From Candidatus Eiseniibacteriota bacterium (lineage in GTDB: Bacteria; Eisenbacteria; RBG-16-71-46): a stretch of DNA of 64,000 nucleotides. Shown piece after piece: positions 36,789-46,406 of this stretch. The stretch lies in the NCBI GenBank assembly GCA_963744995.1, contig CAVUWA010000002.1, positions 768,001-832,000 of the forward strand. Direction: 5' to 3'. The notes beneath the pieces were generated by a model that had not been told where the DNA came from, ran no database searches, and worked only from the letters and a program-made list of their open reading frames with translations. The first letter of the stretch is position 1. Every line of letters starts with the position of its first letter. The translations under genes and the position numbers were made by a program.

Positions 36789-37397
36789 TCAGCCGCAGCC
36801 GTCCATGCCGTCGATCGGCACGCCGAAATACCAGCCGTGGATCAGCCGGTTGCGCAGCCGCAACCAGCCGCGCGCGCCGTCGCCACGCGTGACGCGCACC
36901 CACCAGACCACCCGCGGATACGCGATCATCTCGCCCGCGACCGCGCTCGTGTCCGTGGCGGCGGACGGCGCCGCCCATGATTCCTCGGGCTCGACCACCG
37001 GCCAGAAGGGCTCGACGTCGTGCGGTCCACCGCTCCACCACAGGCGGTAGTCGCCCTCGCCGCTGCCGTGCAGGGCGAGGACGGTGTCCCCCGGCGAGAG
37101 ACCATGAATCGCGCGCCGGATCACGACGCGCCCGACGGGATCGACGGCCAGCAGCCCGGAATCGGCGGCAACGGTGTCCCCCGCGGCGATCCGGAAGGCG
37201 ATGCGCGAGGTGTCGAGCGGCGCGGCGAACGCGCGCAGCGGCGCGTGGACGATCCAGCGGCCGAGCTGACAGCACTCGAAGGGGCAGGCGTTCGGCTCCA
37301 CGCGGGGAACGGGGAGCGCCGCCGCCGCCGCCGGCGCGGATGCGGCCGGGCGGGCGCAGGCGAGCAGCCCGATCAGCAGCGGCAGGGTTCGAACCAT
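36789..37397 (-). CDS. Hypothetical exported (lipo)protein with Cys motifs
   Basis: LLIGLLAC lipobox-like signal, ACPFECC, WWVRV...GW, C-terminal DGCG. Confidence 0.75.
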   Translation of the reverse strand: MVRTLPLLIGLLACARPAASAPAAAAALPVPRVEPNACPFECCQLGRWIVHAPLRAFAAPLDTSRIAFRIAAGDTVAADSGLLAVDPVGRVVIRRAIHGLSPGDTVLALHGSGEGDYRLWWSGGPHDVEPFWPVVEPEESWAAPSAATDTSAVAGEMIAYPRVVWWVRVTRGDGARGWLRLRNRLIHGWYFGVPIDGMDGCG

Positions 37398-37401
37398 GGC
37401 A

Positions 37402-38292
37402 TCATCCTCCTTCGGCTCGGCGCACCGTCTCCGCCGCGGAAGCGGCCTCCGTGCCGGCGTCGGGCGGTGCGCCCTGTACGTAGCACACCGGGACGACGTC
37501 GGCGTGCCGTTCCCCGGGCATCGGCGGGCGCAGCGGGCATTCGGCCGTGGGCCAGCGGCTGCGATCCTCGTAGACGTAGGGCTGGAAGCGCTCGGGCAGC
37601 GCCTCCGAGGTGTGCCGCTCGACCCGCGCGAACCAGCGCTCGTAGCGGTCGAAGTAGTCGGGGCCCGGCGCGCGCACGTGGAATGTCTCGTTCGGGTTCG
37701 GCTCCGGGTACTCGATCGTGGCCGGCGCCACGATCGGAACCGGCAGGACCGCGATGCCGCCGGGTCTCAGGATGCGCCGAACCTCGCCGATCGCGGCCAG
37801 ATCCTCGCGGATGTGCTCGAGCACGTGCGAGGCGTAGACGAAGTCGAAGGTCGCGTCCGCGAACGGCAATCGCCGCAGGTCGACGCGATGATCGACGCCG
37901 GGCATCTCGAGATCGGCGGTTTCGTAGACGCCGAAGCGCTGCCGGAAGAACGCTTCCAGGAACGGTTCGGGTGCGACGTGCAGCATCGTCATCTGCGAGG
38001 GGTCACGGCGTTTCAGCAACGCCTGCGTGACGACGTACTGGAGCCGGTGCCGCTCGAGCGCGCCGCAGGATGGGCACCGGGCGTGCCGGCGCATGCCGGT
38101 CCTGGGTCGGAGATCCTCGAACGGGCCGCGGTAGCCGCAGACCGGGCATTCGAAGACGGCTTTGTGTGCGTTCAGCAGGCGGAACAGGCCGAGACGCGGG
38201 CCCGACCGGATGCGCCCGACGGCGTCCGCGGGGCCGGCGCCCGGGCGGCCGCGGCGGCGCCGCTCATTTGCCCGGAGATTCACGGCTGCCAC
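37402..38292 (-). CDS. Class I SAM-dependent methyltransferase with N-terminal CxxC...CxxC (start uncertain)
   Basis: CPVCG...CPSCGALERHR, LHVAPE, LPFADATFD...SHVLEHI, RILRPGG. Confidence 0.85.
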   Translation of the reverse strand: MAAVNLRANERRRRGRPGAGPADAVGRIRSGPRLGLFRLLNAHKAVFECPVCGYRGPFEDLRPRTGMRRHARCPSCGALERHRLQYVVTQALLKRRDPSQMTMLHVAPEPFLEAFFRQRFGVYETADLEMPGVDHRVDLRRLPFADATFDFVYASHVLEHIREDLAAIGEVRRILRPGGIAVLPVPIVAPATIEYPEPNPNETFHVRAPGPDYFDRYERWFARVERHTSEALPERFQPYVYEDRSRWPTAECPLRPPMPGERHADVVPVCYVQGAPPDAGTEAASAAETVRRAEGG

Positions 38293-38553
38293 CGGTCGTG
38301 CATGGACGGGTCGGCGAACTGGATGAGAATTCTCACGCGACGCCTCGAGAGGGCCTGGGGGCCGGCGCCGGCCGCCCGCCTTCGAGGCGGCCGCGCCCGG
38401 CCGATCTTCTCACCGCCTTCCCGGCGCCGGCAATCGCACACGGCGCGCGGCGGTCGCACGCAGCAAAGCGAGCGGCGCCGGACCTGCGTCCGGCGCCGCG
38501 TTCCTCTGCGGTGACCCATCACGAGCAGAGGTGCCCGTTCTCACTTCGTTCCG

Positions 38554-39630
38554 CTACCACCTGGGCGGCTGCGCGAAGCCCAGCTCGCCGTTGTCGCGCT
38601 GCCAGATCCGGCTGCGTCTGGGCGGGAAGATCCCCAGCGCGCGGAGACCGGACGCGTACTCGTAGCGGAACACCAGCCGGTCGGTCGCGTTGCGCGACGG
38701 CGTGAAGTCGGTGCGCCGCACGGGGTCGTAGTCCTTCTGACCCCAGCCGGTTCCCGGGAAACTCCGGCCGCCGCTGAACGACTGCGCCTTGCGGTCTGCA
38801 CCTTCAGGCGTCGCCGACTGCGGCACCGGCGCCCGTTCCGCCTCGGGCGCTGCGCGGTTTTCCCTCGTGCGGTCCGAATCGCGGGCGTCACCGCTGCGCG
38901 GCTTCTGCTGTCCGTCGTAGCGCAGCTCCGGCGTGATCTCGTTCCACGGGCGCTGTTCCTCGAAAGACAGCACGCGAATCCAGCCCATGTCGCCGTTCGC
39001 CTGTCCGGTGCGCGTGGCGTAGGAAATCGCCTCGTCCACGAACACGAACTTGCGGATCTGCCGGAGCGACGTGCGCCAGCCGGCGATCTCGGCGCTGCCC
39101 CATGGATTCAGCACGTACATCGGCTCGTCGGAGCGCAGGCGCGACTTCTCGCCATTCACGACGTTCAGGCCGTCCACGGTGAGCAGCACGCCGATCCGGC
39201 GCCCGGTGTTGTTGCGCAGGACGATCGAATAGTTCTGCCCCTCGAACGCCTGGAAGTACCAGCGATTGAAATCGCCTGCCTTCACGAACAGCGGCGCGCT
39301 GTGACCTTCGACGCGGATCCCGACGTCGACCGCGCGGCCGTCGGCGCCGAAATCGCCCCGCGGACCGTACGCGGCATGGGCCGGCGCGGCGGCCGTCAGC
39401 GCGGTGAGCGCGGCGAGCGCCGCCAGGAAGTGACGCGCGCCCCCGATGCCACCGCGCGGCTTGCGCACCGGCAACGGCACCTTGACCGGCACCGGCACCG
39501 GTGCCGGCAGGCGGCACGGGCCGAACGGCGAGAGGCGCATCAGCGCGAATCCGTCGGCGGGGTTGTCGACCGCGCCGCGCACCTGGACTTCCGCGGGGCG
39601 GATCTCCTGAAGCCGGGTCTGGGTGTTCAT
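38554..39630 (-). CDS. Hypothetical exported protein with long N-terminal extension
   Basis: ATG 39630 after AGAAGGAG; signal-like FLAALAALTALTAAAPAHA near aa 68-86; conserved-looking core NNTGRRIGVLLTVDGLNVVNGE...IAGWR...SYATRTG, GTGWG. Confidence 0.8.
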   Translation of the reverse strand: MNTQTRLQEIRPAEVQVRGAVDNPADGFALMRLSPFGPCRLPAPVPVPVKVPLPVRKPRGGIGGARHFLAALAALTALTAAAPAHAAYGPRGDFGADGRAVDVGIRVEGHSAPLFVKAGDFNRWYFQAFEGQNYSIVLRNNTGRRIGVLLTVDGLNVVNGEKSRLRSDEPMYVLNPWGSAEIAGWRTSLRQIRKFVFVDEAISYATRTGQANGDMGWIRVLSFEEQRPWNEITPELRYDGQQKPRSGDARDSDRTRENRAAPEAERAPVPQSATPEGADRKAQSFSGGRSFPGTGWGQKDYDPVRRTDFTPSRNATDRLVFRYEYASGLRALGIFPPRRSRIWQRDNGELGFAQPPRW

Positions 39631-39840
39631 GGTCGTTCTCCTTCTCGATTCGCGGTCAGGTCGATCCGCGTGAACGCATGAACTACGCCACCGCCGGAAC
39701 GCTATTCCCGGAGCCCGGACTCCGTTGCGGGACAAGCGGTTGCGCGTCCGGACCTGGACCCCGGGCCGCGGCGCCGATCGTGGCGGCCGCGCCGCACGGT
39801 GTCGCGGCAGCGGCGCGCGCGACGGCGCACCTCACCCGCT

Positions 39841-40041
39841 GACGAAGGACCGCTTGCCGTTCCCGGGGCCATCCGGCCGCGCGTGTTCCCGGGCGGGGTC
39901 CTCGACGCCACGCTCCCGGAGCGCCATGAGATCACGCTGTTCGTGGGCGAGCGCCGTGGCGGGCGTGCCTGCGCCGCGGGAACGTGCTATGACGTACAGC
40001 CGTTCAGGGGCGCGGAAGTGAGGCGCACGCGCCGGTTCCAG
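39841..40041 (+). pseudogene. Remnant of the C-terminus of a DUF6029-like outer-membrane beta-barrel
   Basis: Frame reads HEITLFVGERRGGRACAAGTCYDVQPFRGAEVRRTRRF then CAG; no start codon context or upstream gene body. Confidence 0.55.
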
Positions 40042-40147
40042 CGCGGGGCCGGCGGCGCGAGGGCAGCCCGCAACGAACGCGGAGGAGTCGCTCGCCGCGG
40101 TCGCGCCCGAGGACGCCGCGCGGCGGCGGAGCGACGGGGGCGACCTC

Positions 40148-40507
40148 ATGCGGACATCGAAGCCGGAGCCGGGCCATGGCCCATGCCTCTGGCCACCGCT
40201 CGTGCTGCTCGCGGTCGGCGGTGGCGCGGGCGCGGCGGCCTCGCGGCCCGTCACCTGGGCCGAGATCGCCGCGCAGCCCGCGCCGCCGCCCGGGGAGCGC
40301 ATCGCGTACGGGGCCGATCCGCTCGAATTCGGTGAGCTGCGCCTGCCCGCGGGCGGCGATGTGCGCCTCAGGCCGGTGCCCGCGGCGGGGCACTTCGATC
40401 TGATCGCGCCGTTGGCCCCGGCGTGGCAGGCCGTGCGGGCGCAAGTCCATGCTCTGGCGGGACCGACCCGGCCGGGGGCCGGCGAGCGGCTGAAAGGAGG
40501 CGGGTGA
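40148..40507 (+). pseudogene. Internally deleted alpha/beta hydrolase (BD-FAE/lipase-like)
   Basis: N-terminal RIAYGADPLEFGELRLP joined directly to C-terminal VRL.PVPAAGHFDLIAP; the HGG and GxSxG core is missing. Confidence 0.7.
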
Positions 40508-41055
40508 TGTCCGCTGCACGCCCTGCGGGCGAGCTTGCACAGGATGCCCTGCGCGAGGCCCTCGCGCGTCAATTCCATGCGGGGCTCGTCATGCTGCGGC
40601 GGGCGATGGTGGCGTGCCCGGACGATCTATGGGTGGACGATGCGGTGGCGAATCCGTTCTGGCGGGTCGCCTACCACGCCCTGTTCTACACCCACTTCTA
40701 CCTGCACGTGCGCGCCGACGACTTCCAGCCGTGGGCGCGCCATCGCCCGAACGTCCACCGCTTCGGCGAGTCCGAGACGGAGGACGCCGGGCCGGCCCCG
40801 GCGCCGTATTCGAAGCGCGACCTCCTCGACTACTGGACCGTGTGCGTCGCGTTCATCGAGCCCGCGCTGGGGAAACTCGATCTGGCATCGCCTGACAGCG
40901 GGTTCGACTGGTATCCGATCCCCAAGCTCGAATTCGTGCTGGTGGACCTGCGGCACCTCGGCCACCACACGGGCCAGCTGTGCGACCGGATCCGTGCGGC
41001 GACGGGAGCGGGGGTGGACTGGAGCGGAAGTCCGGGGCGGGGTGACGACGGCTGA
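40507..41055 (+). CDS. DinB family protein
   Basis: ACPDDLW, FWRVAYHALFY, LRHLGHHTGQL; AGGAGG RBS, TGATG overlap. Confidence 0.88.
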   Translation: MSAARPAGELAQDALREALARQFHAGLVMLRRAMVACPDDLWVDDAVANPFWRVAYHALFYTHFYLHVRADDFQPWARHRPNVHRFGESETEDAGPAPAPYSKRDLLDYWTVCVAFIEPALGKLDLASPDSGFDWYPIPKLEFVLVDLRHLGHHTGQLCDRIRAATGAGVDWSGSPGRGDDG

Positions 41056-41124
41056 CCGGCGCCATGGCGGGTGCGTCGCCACGCCGGTGCGCGACCCGCT
41101 CGCGCAGTCGCAGGCGAGCGCGCC

Positions 41125-41847
41125 TCATGCCCGCCGCCACCACATGCCCGTCCACTCCGGCACGCGCGCCCAGCCGTTGGCGCGAATCAGCCGTGCGTAC
41201 GGCTCGCCGAAGAAGAAGCCGCAGGCCCGGGCCGCGGCCTCGACGCTCTCGAACTCGAAGTCGGTGGAGACGACCCGGTGCTCGAAGCCCATCTCCGCCT
41301 CGAGCCACGCATAGTACGCGGCGAGCCCCGCCGCGGGCGCGGCGGGCCGGGTGACGGCGGTGCCCATCGTCTCGAAGATCACCACCGCGCCGCCGGGGCG
41401 CGCGACGCGGCCCATCTCGCCGATCGCGCGCGTCGCGTTCTCCATCCAGCGGTCGCGCGTCCAGAACGTGAAATGGCCGAACACCCAGCCCGCCGTGACG
41501 ACGTCGAACGCATGATTCGCAAGCGGCAGCGCGCGCGCGTCCGCCACCACGTACGCCGCGCGCGTCGCGCCCAGGGTCTCGAGGCGTCGCTTCGCGACCG
41601 CGAGCATGTGGGGTTCGCGCTCGGCGGCGACGAGCCGGGCGCAGCCGGGCGCGGCGAGGCGCGCGAGCCGTCCGGTGCCGGAGCCCACGTCGAGCACCGC
41701 GCGGCCCGCCAGGGGCGCCACCGCCTCGAGCGCGGGCAGCAGCCGGCCTTCGCAGTCTTCCGCCGAGACCAGGCGATCGTACGCCTCGGCGGCGCCACGG
41801 TAGACCTCGCGGCAGCGATCGAGGGATTCCGATTCGGGAATCAGCAC
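41125..41847 (-). CDS. Class I SAM-dependent methyltransferase
   Basis: VLDVGSGTGRL, ADARALPL...FDVV, RVARPGG. Confidence 0.9.
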   Translation of the reverse strand: MLIPESESLDRCREVYRGAAEAYDRLVSAEDCEGRLLPALEAVAPLAGRAVLDVGSGTGRLARLAAPGCARLVAAEREPHMLAVAKRRLETLGATRAAYVVADARALPLANHAFDVVTAGWVFGHFTFWTRDRWMENATRAIGEMGRVARPGGAVVIFETMGTAVTRPAAPAAGLAAYYAWLEAEMGFEHRVVSTDFEFESVEAAARACGFFFGEPYARLIRANGWARVPEWTGMWWRRA

Positions 41848-41910
41848 GGCCGGACTGCCACGGGGCGGGGGCCCAGGCGCCGGGGCGCGCGCGCCGGCGG
41901 GACGCCTCCG

Positions 41911-42687
41911 TCAGGCGCCGACGATGTTGTAGCCGCCGTCCACATACATGATCTCGCCGGTGATGCCGCTGCTCATCGGCGAGAGCAGGAACAACCCGGC
42001 CGAACCCACCTCTTCCTGGGTCACGTTGCGCTTGAGCGGAGCCTTCTCGGCATGGCTGTTGAGCATGCCGACGAACCCGTGGATGCCGCGCGCGGCCAGG
42101 GTGCTCACCGGGCCCGCGGAGATGGCGTTCACGCGGATCTTCCTGGGGCCGAGTTCCAGCGCCAGCTGCCGCACGCTCTGCTCGAGCGCCGCCTTCGCGG
42201 TGCCCATGATGTTGTAGGACGGCACCGCACGCTCGGCCGCGAGGTAGGTCAGCGTGACGACCGCGGCCTCGCCCTTTTCGAGCAGCGGCAGCGCGCGGTT
42301 CGTCACGTTGAGCAGCGAGTACGCGCTCACGTCGAGCGTCAGCTGGTAGCCGGCGCGCGAGGTGGACACGAACGCCCCCTCGAGATCCTCCTTGGACGCG
42401 AATGCGACGCCGTGCACCATCATCTCGATCGAGCCCCACTCCGCGCCGAGCCGCTCCACCATCGCGTCGATGGTCTCGTCGCGGGTCACGTCGCATTCGA
42501 GCAGCAGCGCGTCCGGCAGATCGGCGGCGGTCTTCTCGAGCAGCCCTTTCATCCGGTCGTTGGGGTAGGTGAGGCACAGTCGAGCCCCCGCCTGATGCAG
42601 CTGCAGCGCGATCGCCCACGACAGGCTGCGATGGTTGGCCACGCCCATCACCAGCGCGTGCTTTCCAGCGAGATCGATGCCGTACAT
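41911..42687 (-). CDS. fabI: Enoyl-ACP reductase (NADH)
   Basis: GVANHRSLSWAIA, HGVAFA, DVSAYSL, YNIMGTAKAALE, VNAISAGPVSTLAARGI, YVDGG. Confidence 0.96.
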   Translation of the reverse strand: MYGIDLAGKHALVMGVANHRSLSWAIALQLHQAGARLCLTYPNDRMKGLLEKTAADLPDALLLECDVTRDETIDAMVERLGAEWGSIEMMVHGVAFASKEDLEGAFVSTSRAGYQLTLDVSAYSLLNVTNRALPLLEKGEAAVVTLTYLAAERAVPSYNIMGTAKAALEQSVRQLALELGPRKIRVNAISAGPVSTLAARGIHGFVGMLNSHAEKAPLKRNVTQEEVGSAGLFLLSPMSSGITGEIMYVDGGYNIVGA

Positions 42688-42701
42688 GGGAATCCTTTCG
42701 C

Positions 42702-44681
42702 TCAGCCGAGACCGCGCTGCTGCCAGACGCGGATGGGAAAGATGATCACCTGGATGCCGGCGAACTGGAGCCGGCGCTGGATCGAGAAGGACGTCTCGTG
42801 ATGGAGCGTGCGGGTGAACAGCGTCTCGCGCTCGAAGACCAGCTGCCCGGCGCAGACGACGCAGCGCCTGAATTCACGGGTGAGCCCCAGGCACATGTCT
42901 TCGAGCTCCTCGATCAGATCGGTGCCGACACGGTAGCGGAAGTCGGCGTAATAGCCCATCCGGTTCGCGAGGTCGACGAACCGCTCGAGATCGCCCCGCA
43001 CCTTGCCCTCGAGCGCTTCGATGTGCTCGACGCCCTTGAACTGGCCCGAATCCACGAGCCCCACGGTGGCGAACACGATGTTCCTGAAATGCCCCGGCAG
43101 CATGCGCTGGATCGACAGCAGCGTGTGGATGCCGAGCCCGTCGTATTTCTCGACCAGCACGATCGCCGTCGGGCCGTTCGGCGCCATCACCGGCGTCGCC
43201 TTGAGCTCCGGCAGCGGCAGATCCATGACGATCTCGTCGAGCGAGCGCAGCATCCGCCGCGCGCTGCGATAGTGCGCGCGGACGCCGAAGCTCACCACGA
43301 TGAACAGCCCGGTCACCAGCAGCGACACCCACACGCCCTGGGTGAACTTGAGGATCGCGGTGAGCAGCAGGATGAAGCCGGTGACGGTGGTGCCGATCGC
43401 GGCGATGGCGAGCCGGTGCTTCCAGTTGCGCACGGTGTCGCGTACCTGGATCCAGTGCCGCACCATGCCGGCCTGGGTGAGCGTGAACGCGATGAAGACG
43501 TTGATGGAGTACATCACCACCAGGATGCTCACCGCGCCCTGCGTGTAGGTGACCAGCGCCACCGCGGCGAGGCCCATCGTGATGACGCCGTTCTGGGTGA
43601 CGAGCCGCTCGGACAGGTGTGCGAAGCGCTTCGGCACCCAGCCGTCGAGCGCCATCGCGGCGAGCGTGCTCGGGCCGGCGACGAACCCGGTCTGCGCGGC
43701 GACGAACAGCAGCGCGCCCTCCGAGATCAGCGTGAACCAGACCACGCCTTCGCCGATGTCGATGTCGCCGAGATGCCAGCCGTGGGTGAGCAGCGAGAAC
43801 AGCGACGCGTTGAGCGTGCGGCCGGCCTGCTGCTGCACGTCCCACAGCAGGTAGCACAGCAGGATGCCGCCGGCGGTGAAGGCGAGCGAGATCGCCATGT
43901 ACAGCATCGTGCGCTTGCCGGTCGCGATCTTCGGCTCGCGCAGGATGTTGGTGCTGTTGCTCACCGCCTCGATGCCGGTGTAGGTGCCGCCGCCGAGCGA
44001 GTACGCCTTGAAGAAGATCATGAACACGGCCAGTGCGCCGAGTGCGCCGACCGATTCCCGCGTCTTGTGCACGGTCTCCACCGCGATCGGGCCGAGCTGG
44101 GTGGCGTGGGTGAGAATTCCGTACGAGATCAGGACGACGTGGCTGATCATGAAGCTCAGGAAGATCGGGATCAGCACGGTGATCGACTCACGCACGCCGC
44201 GCATGTTGAGGCCGGTGAGGAACAGGATCGCGATCACGGCGGTCGGAACCTTCCACACGTCCCAATCGGTCGGCAGGAACGAGTAGATCGCGTCGCAGCC
44301 GGAGGCCACCGAAATCGAGATCGTCAGCACGTAGTCGACGACCAGCGAGCCGCCGGCGATCACGCCGGGGACCGGGCCGAGCAGCTGCGTCGCCACCAGG
44401 TAGCCGCCGCCGCCGGTCGGGAACAGCTCGACGATCTGCCGGTAGGAGGCCGAGATCAGGAACACGGTGGCCACCATCGCGCCGGCGAGATAGAGCGCGA
44501 GGTAGCGGTGGTTGCCGAGCTGCAGGAAGGTCTCTTCCGGACCATAGGCGGACGACGAGAGGCCGTCCGAACCGAGCCCCACCCAGGCGAAGAACGCGAT
44601 CAGGGCCAGGCTGTGGAAGATCCTCGGATCGAACAGATTCTTCGGCCCACCGAGCAGAATGCTGCGAATGCGTTTGAACAC
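42702..44681 (-). CDS. APC-superfamily permease, KimA/YdaO-like putative K+/H+ symporter
   Basis: SDGLSSSAYGPEE, GGGGY, DYVLT.SISV, TGIEAVSN, and a cytoplasmic C-terminal domain. Confidence 0.85.
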   Translation of the reverse strand: MFKRIRSILLGGPKNLFDPRIFHSLALIAFFAWVGLGSDGLSSSAYGPEETFLQLGNHRYLALYLAGAMVATVFLISASYRQIVELFPTGGGGYLVATQLLGPVPGVIAGGSLVVDYVLTISISVASGCDAIYSFLPTDWDVWKVPTAVIAILFLTGLNMRGVRESITVLIPIFLSFMISHVVLISYGILTHATQLGPIAVETVHKTRESVGALGALAVFMIFFKAYSLGGGTYTGIEAVSNSTNILREPKIATGKRTMLYMAISLAFTAGGILLCYLLWDVQQQAGRTLNASLFSLLTHGWHLGDIDIGEGVVWFTLISEGALLFVAAQTGFVAGPSTLAAMALDGWVPKRFAHLSERLVTQNGVITMGLAAVALVTYTQGAVSILVVMYSINVFIAFTLTQAGMVRHWIQVRDTVRNWKHRLAIAAIGTTVTGFILLLTAILKFTQGVWVSLLVTGLFIVVSFGVRAHYRSARRMLRSLDEIVMDLPLPELKATPVMAPNGPTAIVLVEKYDGLGIHTLLSIQRMLPGHFRNIVFATVGLVDSGQFKGVEHIEALEGKVRGDLERFVDLANRMGYYADFRYRVGTDLIEELEDMCLGLTREFRRCVVCAGQLVFERETLFTRTLHHETSFSIQRRLQFAGIQVIIFPIRVWQQRGLG

Positions 44682-44819
44682 GCGTGGGAATCTAGGGGCC
44701 GGGGCAGCACATATCAAGGTCATGACATGTAGAATGGGGCCCCGTCACGGAGGTGAGGTGCGCGCGAGGTGCACCGCAGGCTCCCGGCGATGCACCCATG
44801 CCCGGATGGGCCGGAAGGA

Positions 44820-46406
44820 ATGCCCCGTATCCGTCTCACGATGATGCTTGCCGCGGCCGCGGTTCTGCTCACGACCACCGGCGATCGGCTCGCGCCGGGG
44901 CACGGGCCCGACGGCGTGCACGCCGTGCGCTCGGGCGCTCCGGCGGGGCTGCCCGTGTTCGCGCTGTTCGGCTGGGTGAGCCCGCCGGCCGACTTCGCCG
45001 ACAGCGCGCGCTACGCGGAGATGGCCGCCGCGGGGCTCAACCTCGCACTGCCCGCGTTCGACGACTCCGGTGGACTCGCCCCGCCCGGCGCGCAGCTGGA
45101 CCTCGCGGAAGCGAACGGACTGCGCGTCATACTCTGGGACCCGCGCTTCGAGAAGCTGGCCGACCCGGGCTACGATCCGGACTCGCTGCTCGATCGCATC
45201 GTCGCCGACTACCGGGATCATCCGGGGCTCGCGGGCTACTACCTGGGTGACGAGCCGCAGCCGTCCCTGCTGCCGTTGCTGGCCCGGGTGCACGCGGGCC
45301 TGCGCGCGCGCGACCCCGCGCACCCCGGCTGGAACAACCTGTTCGGCCGGCAGGCCTACGGCAGCGCGGATGCGCTCGAAGCGGCGCTGCGCGCCTACGC
45401 CGACAGCGTCGCGCCCGCGGTGCTGAGCGACGACCACTACGACTTCACGGAGAGCGGCGATCGGGGCCATTTCATCGAGAACGTGACGCGGCTCGCCGCG
45501 GTCGCACGCGCGCACGGCATTCCGTTCTGGTGCGTGGTGCAGCTCACCCAGCACGCGATATTCCGCGCGCTCACGCCGGGCGAGCTGCGCTGGCAGGTGT
45601 CGCATCTGCTCGCGTACGGCGCGCGCGGTGTCGGCTACTTCACCTACTGGACCCCGGCCGCGGACCCGTACTGGAACTGGCAGCCGGCGGTGATCGACAC
45701 CGACGGCACGCGCACGTCGTGGTTCGACGTCCTCGCGGCCTTCAATCCGTACGTGCGTGCGGCCGGCGAGCGGCTCGCGGCCCTCGCCTGGATCACCACG
45801 CAGCATGCGGGCAGCGTGCCGGCAGGCGGGCAGGCGTTCGCGCCGGACGACTGGGTGTCGGCGGTCGAGGGGCGTGCGGCGATCGGCGAATTCGCCGATG
45901 CGCAGGGCGGTCGCCGCGTCGTCGTCGCGAACAGCGACTCGGCGTCGGCGCAGCAGATCGCCCTGACGTTCCCGGGCGCCGACTCGGTGGCGTGGCTCCT
46001 GCCGCCGGGGACGTCGTGGAGCGCCGCACCGGCCGGCGTCGTCCCGGGCGGCCTGCGCGTCACCATGACGATCGAGGCCGGTTCGTTCCGGTTGCTGCGG
46101 ATCTTCGGTGCGGACGGGGGCAGCGGCGCGAGCGGCACGCGTCCGGGCCTCGATCTCTCGCCCAACCCCGCGCGCGGCGCGTGCCGCATGGCCGTAGCCG
46201 CCGCGGTGGGTGGCGCGACGCTCGAGATCATCGACGCCGGCGGCCGGCGCATATGGGCGCGCGCGCTCGCACCCGGACGCTCGGTGGTCGAATGGCACGG
46301 CGAGACCGACGGCGGCGGCCGCGCCCCCGGCGGGCTCTACTTCGCCCGCATCCGCGACGAGCGCGGCACCGCCGTGCGGCGGCTGGCCTGGCTCGGGGCG
46401 AACTGA
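44820..46406 (+). CDS. Exported glycoside-hydrolase-like TIM-barrel protein with C-terminal FlgD-Ig/CTD-like domain
   Basis: Signal peptide; HPGLAGYYLGDEP, LSDDHY, IPFWCVVQ, LAYGARGVGYFTYW; tail SPNPARG...IIDAGGRRI...WHGETDGG..APGGLYFARI. Confidence 0.75.
   Translation: MPRIRLTMMLAAAAVLLTTTGDRLAPGHGPDGVHAVRSGAPAGLPVFALFGWVSPPADFADSARYAEMAAAGLNLALPAFDDSGGLAPPGAQLDLAEANGLRVILWDPRFEKLADPGYDPDSLLDRIVADYRDHPGLAGYYLGDEPQPSLLPLLARVHAGLRARDPAHPGWNNLFGRQAYGSADALEAALRAYADSVAPAVLSDDHYDFTESGDRGHFIENVTRLAAVARAHGIPFWCVVQLTQHAIFRALTPGELRWQVSHLLAYGARGVGYFTYWTPAADPYWNWQPAVIDTDGTRTSWFDVLAAFNPYVRAAGERLAALAWITTQHAGSVPAGGQAFAPDDWVSAVEGRAAIGEFADAQGGRRVVVANSDSASAQQIALTFPGADSVAWLLPPGTSWSAAPAGVVPGGLRVTMTIEAGSFRLLRIFGADGGSGASGTRPGLDLSPNPARGACRMAVAAAVGGATLEIIDAGGRRIWARALAPGRSVVEWHGETDGGGRAPGGLYFARIRDERGTAVRRLAWLGAN

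Noticed and set aside
44682..44819. c-di-AMP (ydaO) riboswitch upstream of the KimA-like gene
   Set aside because: The short divergent spacer lacks recognisable ydaO consensus elements.
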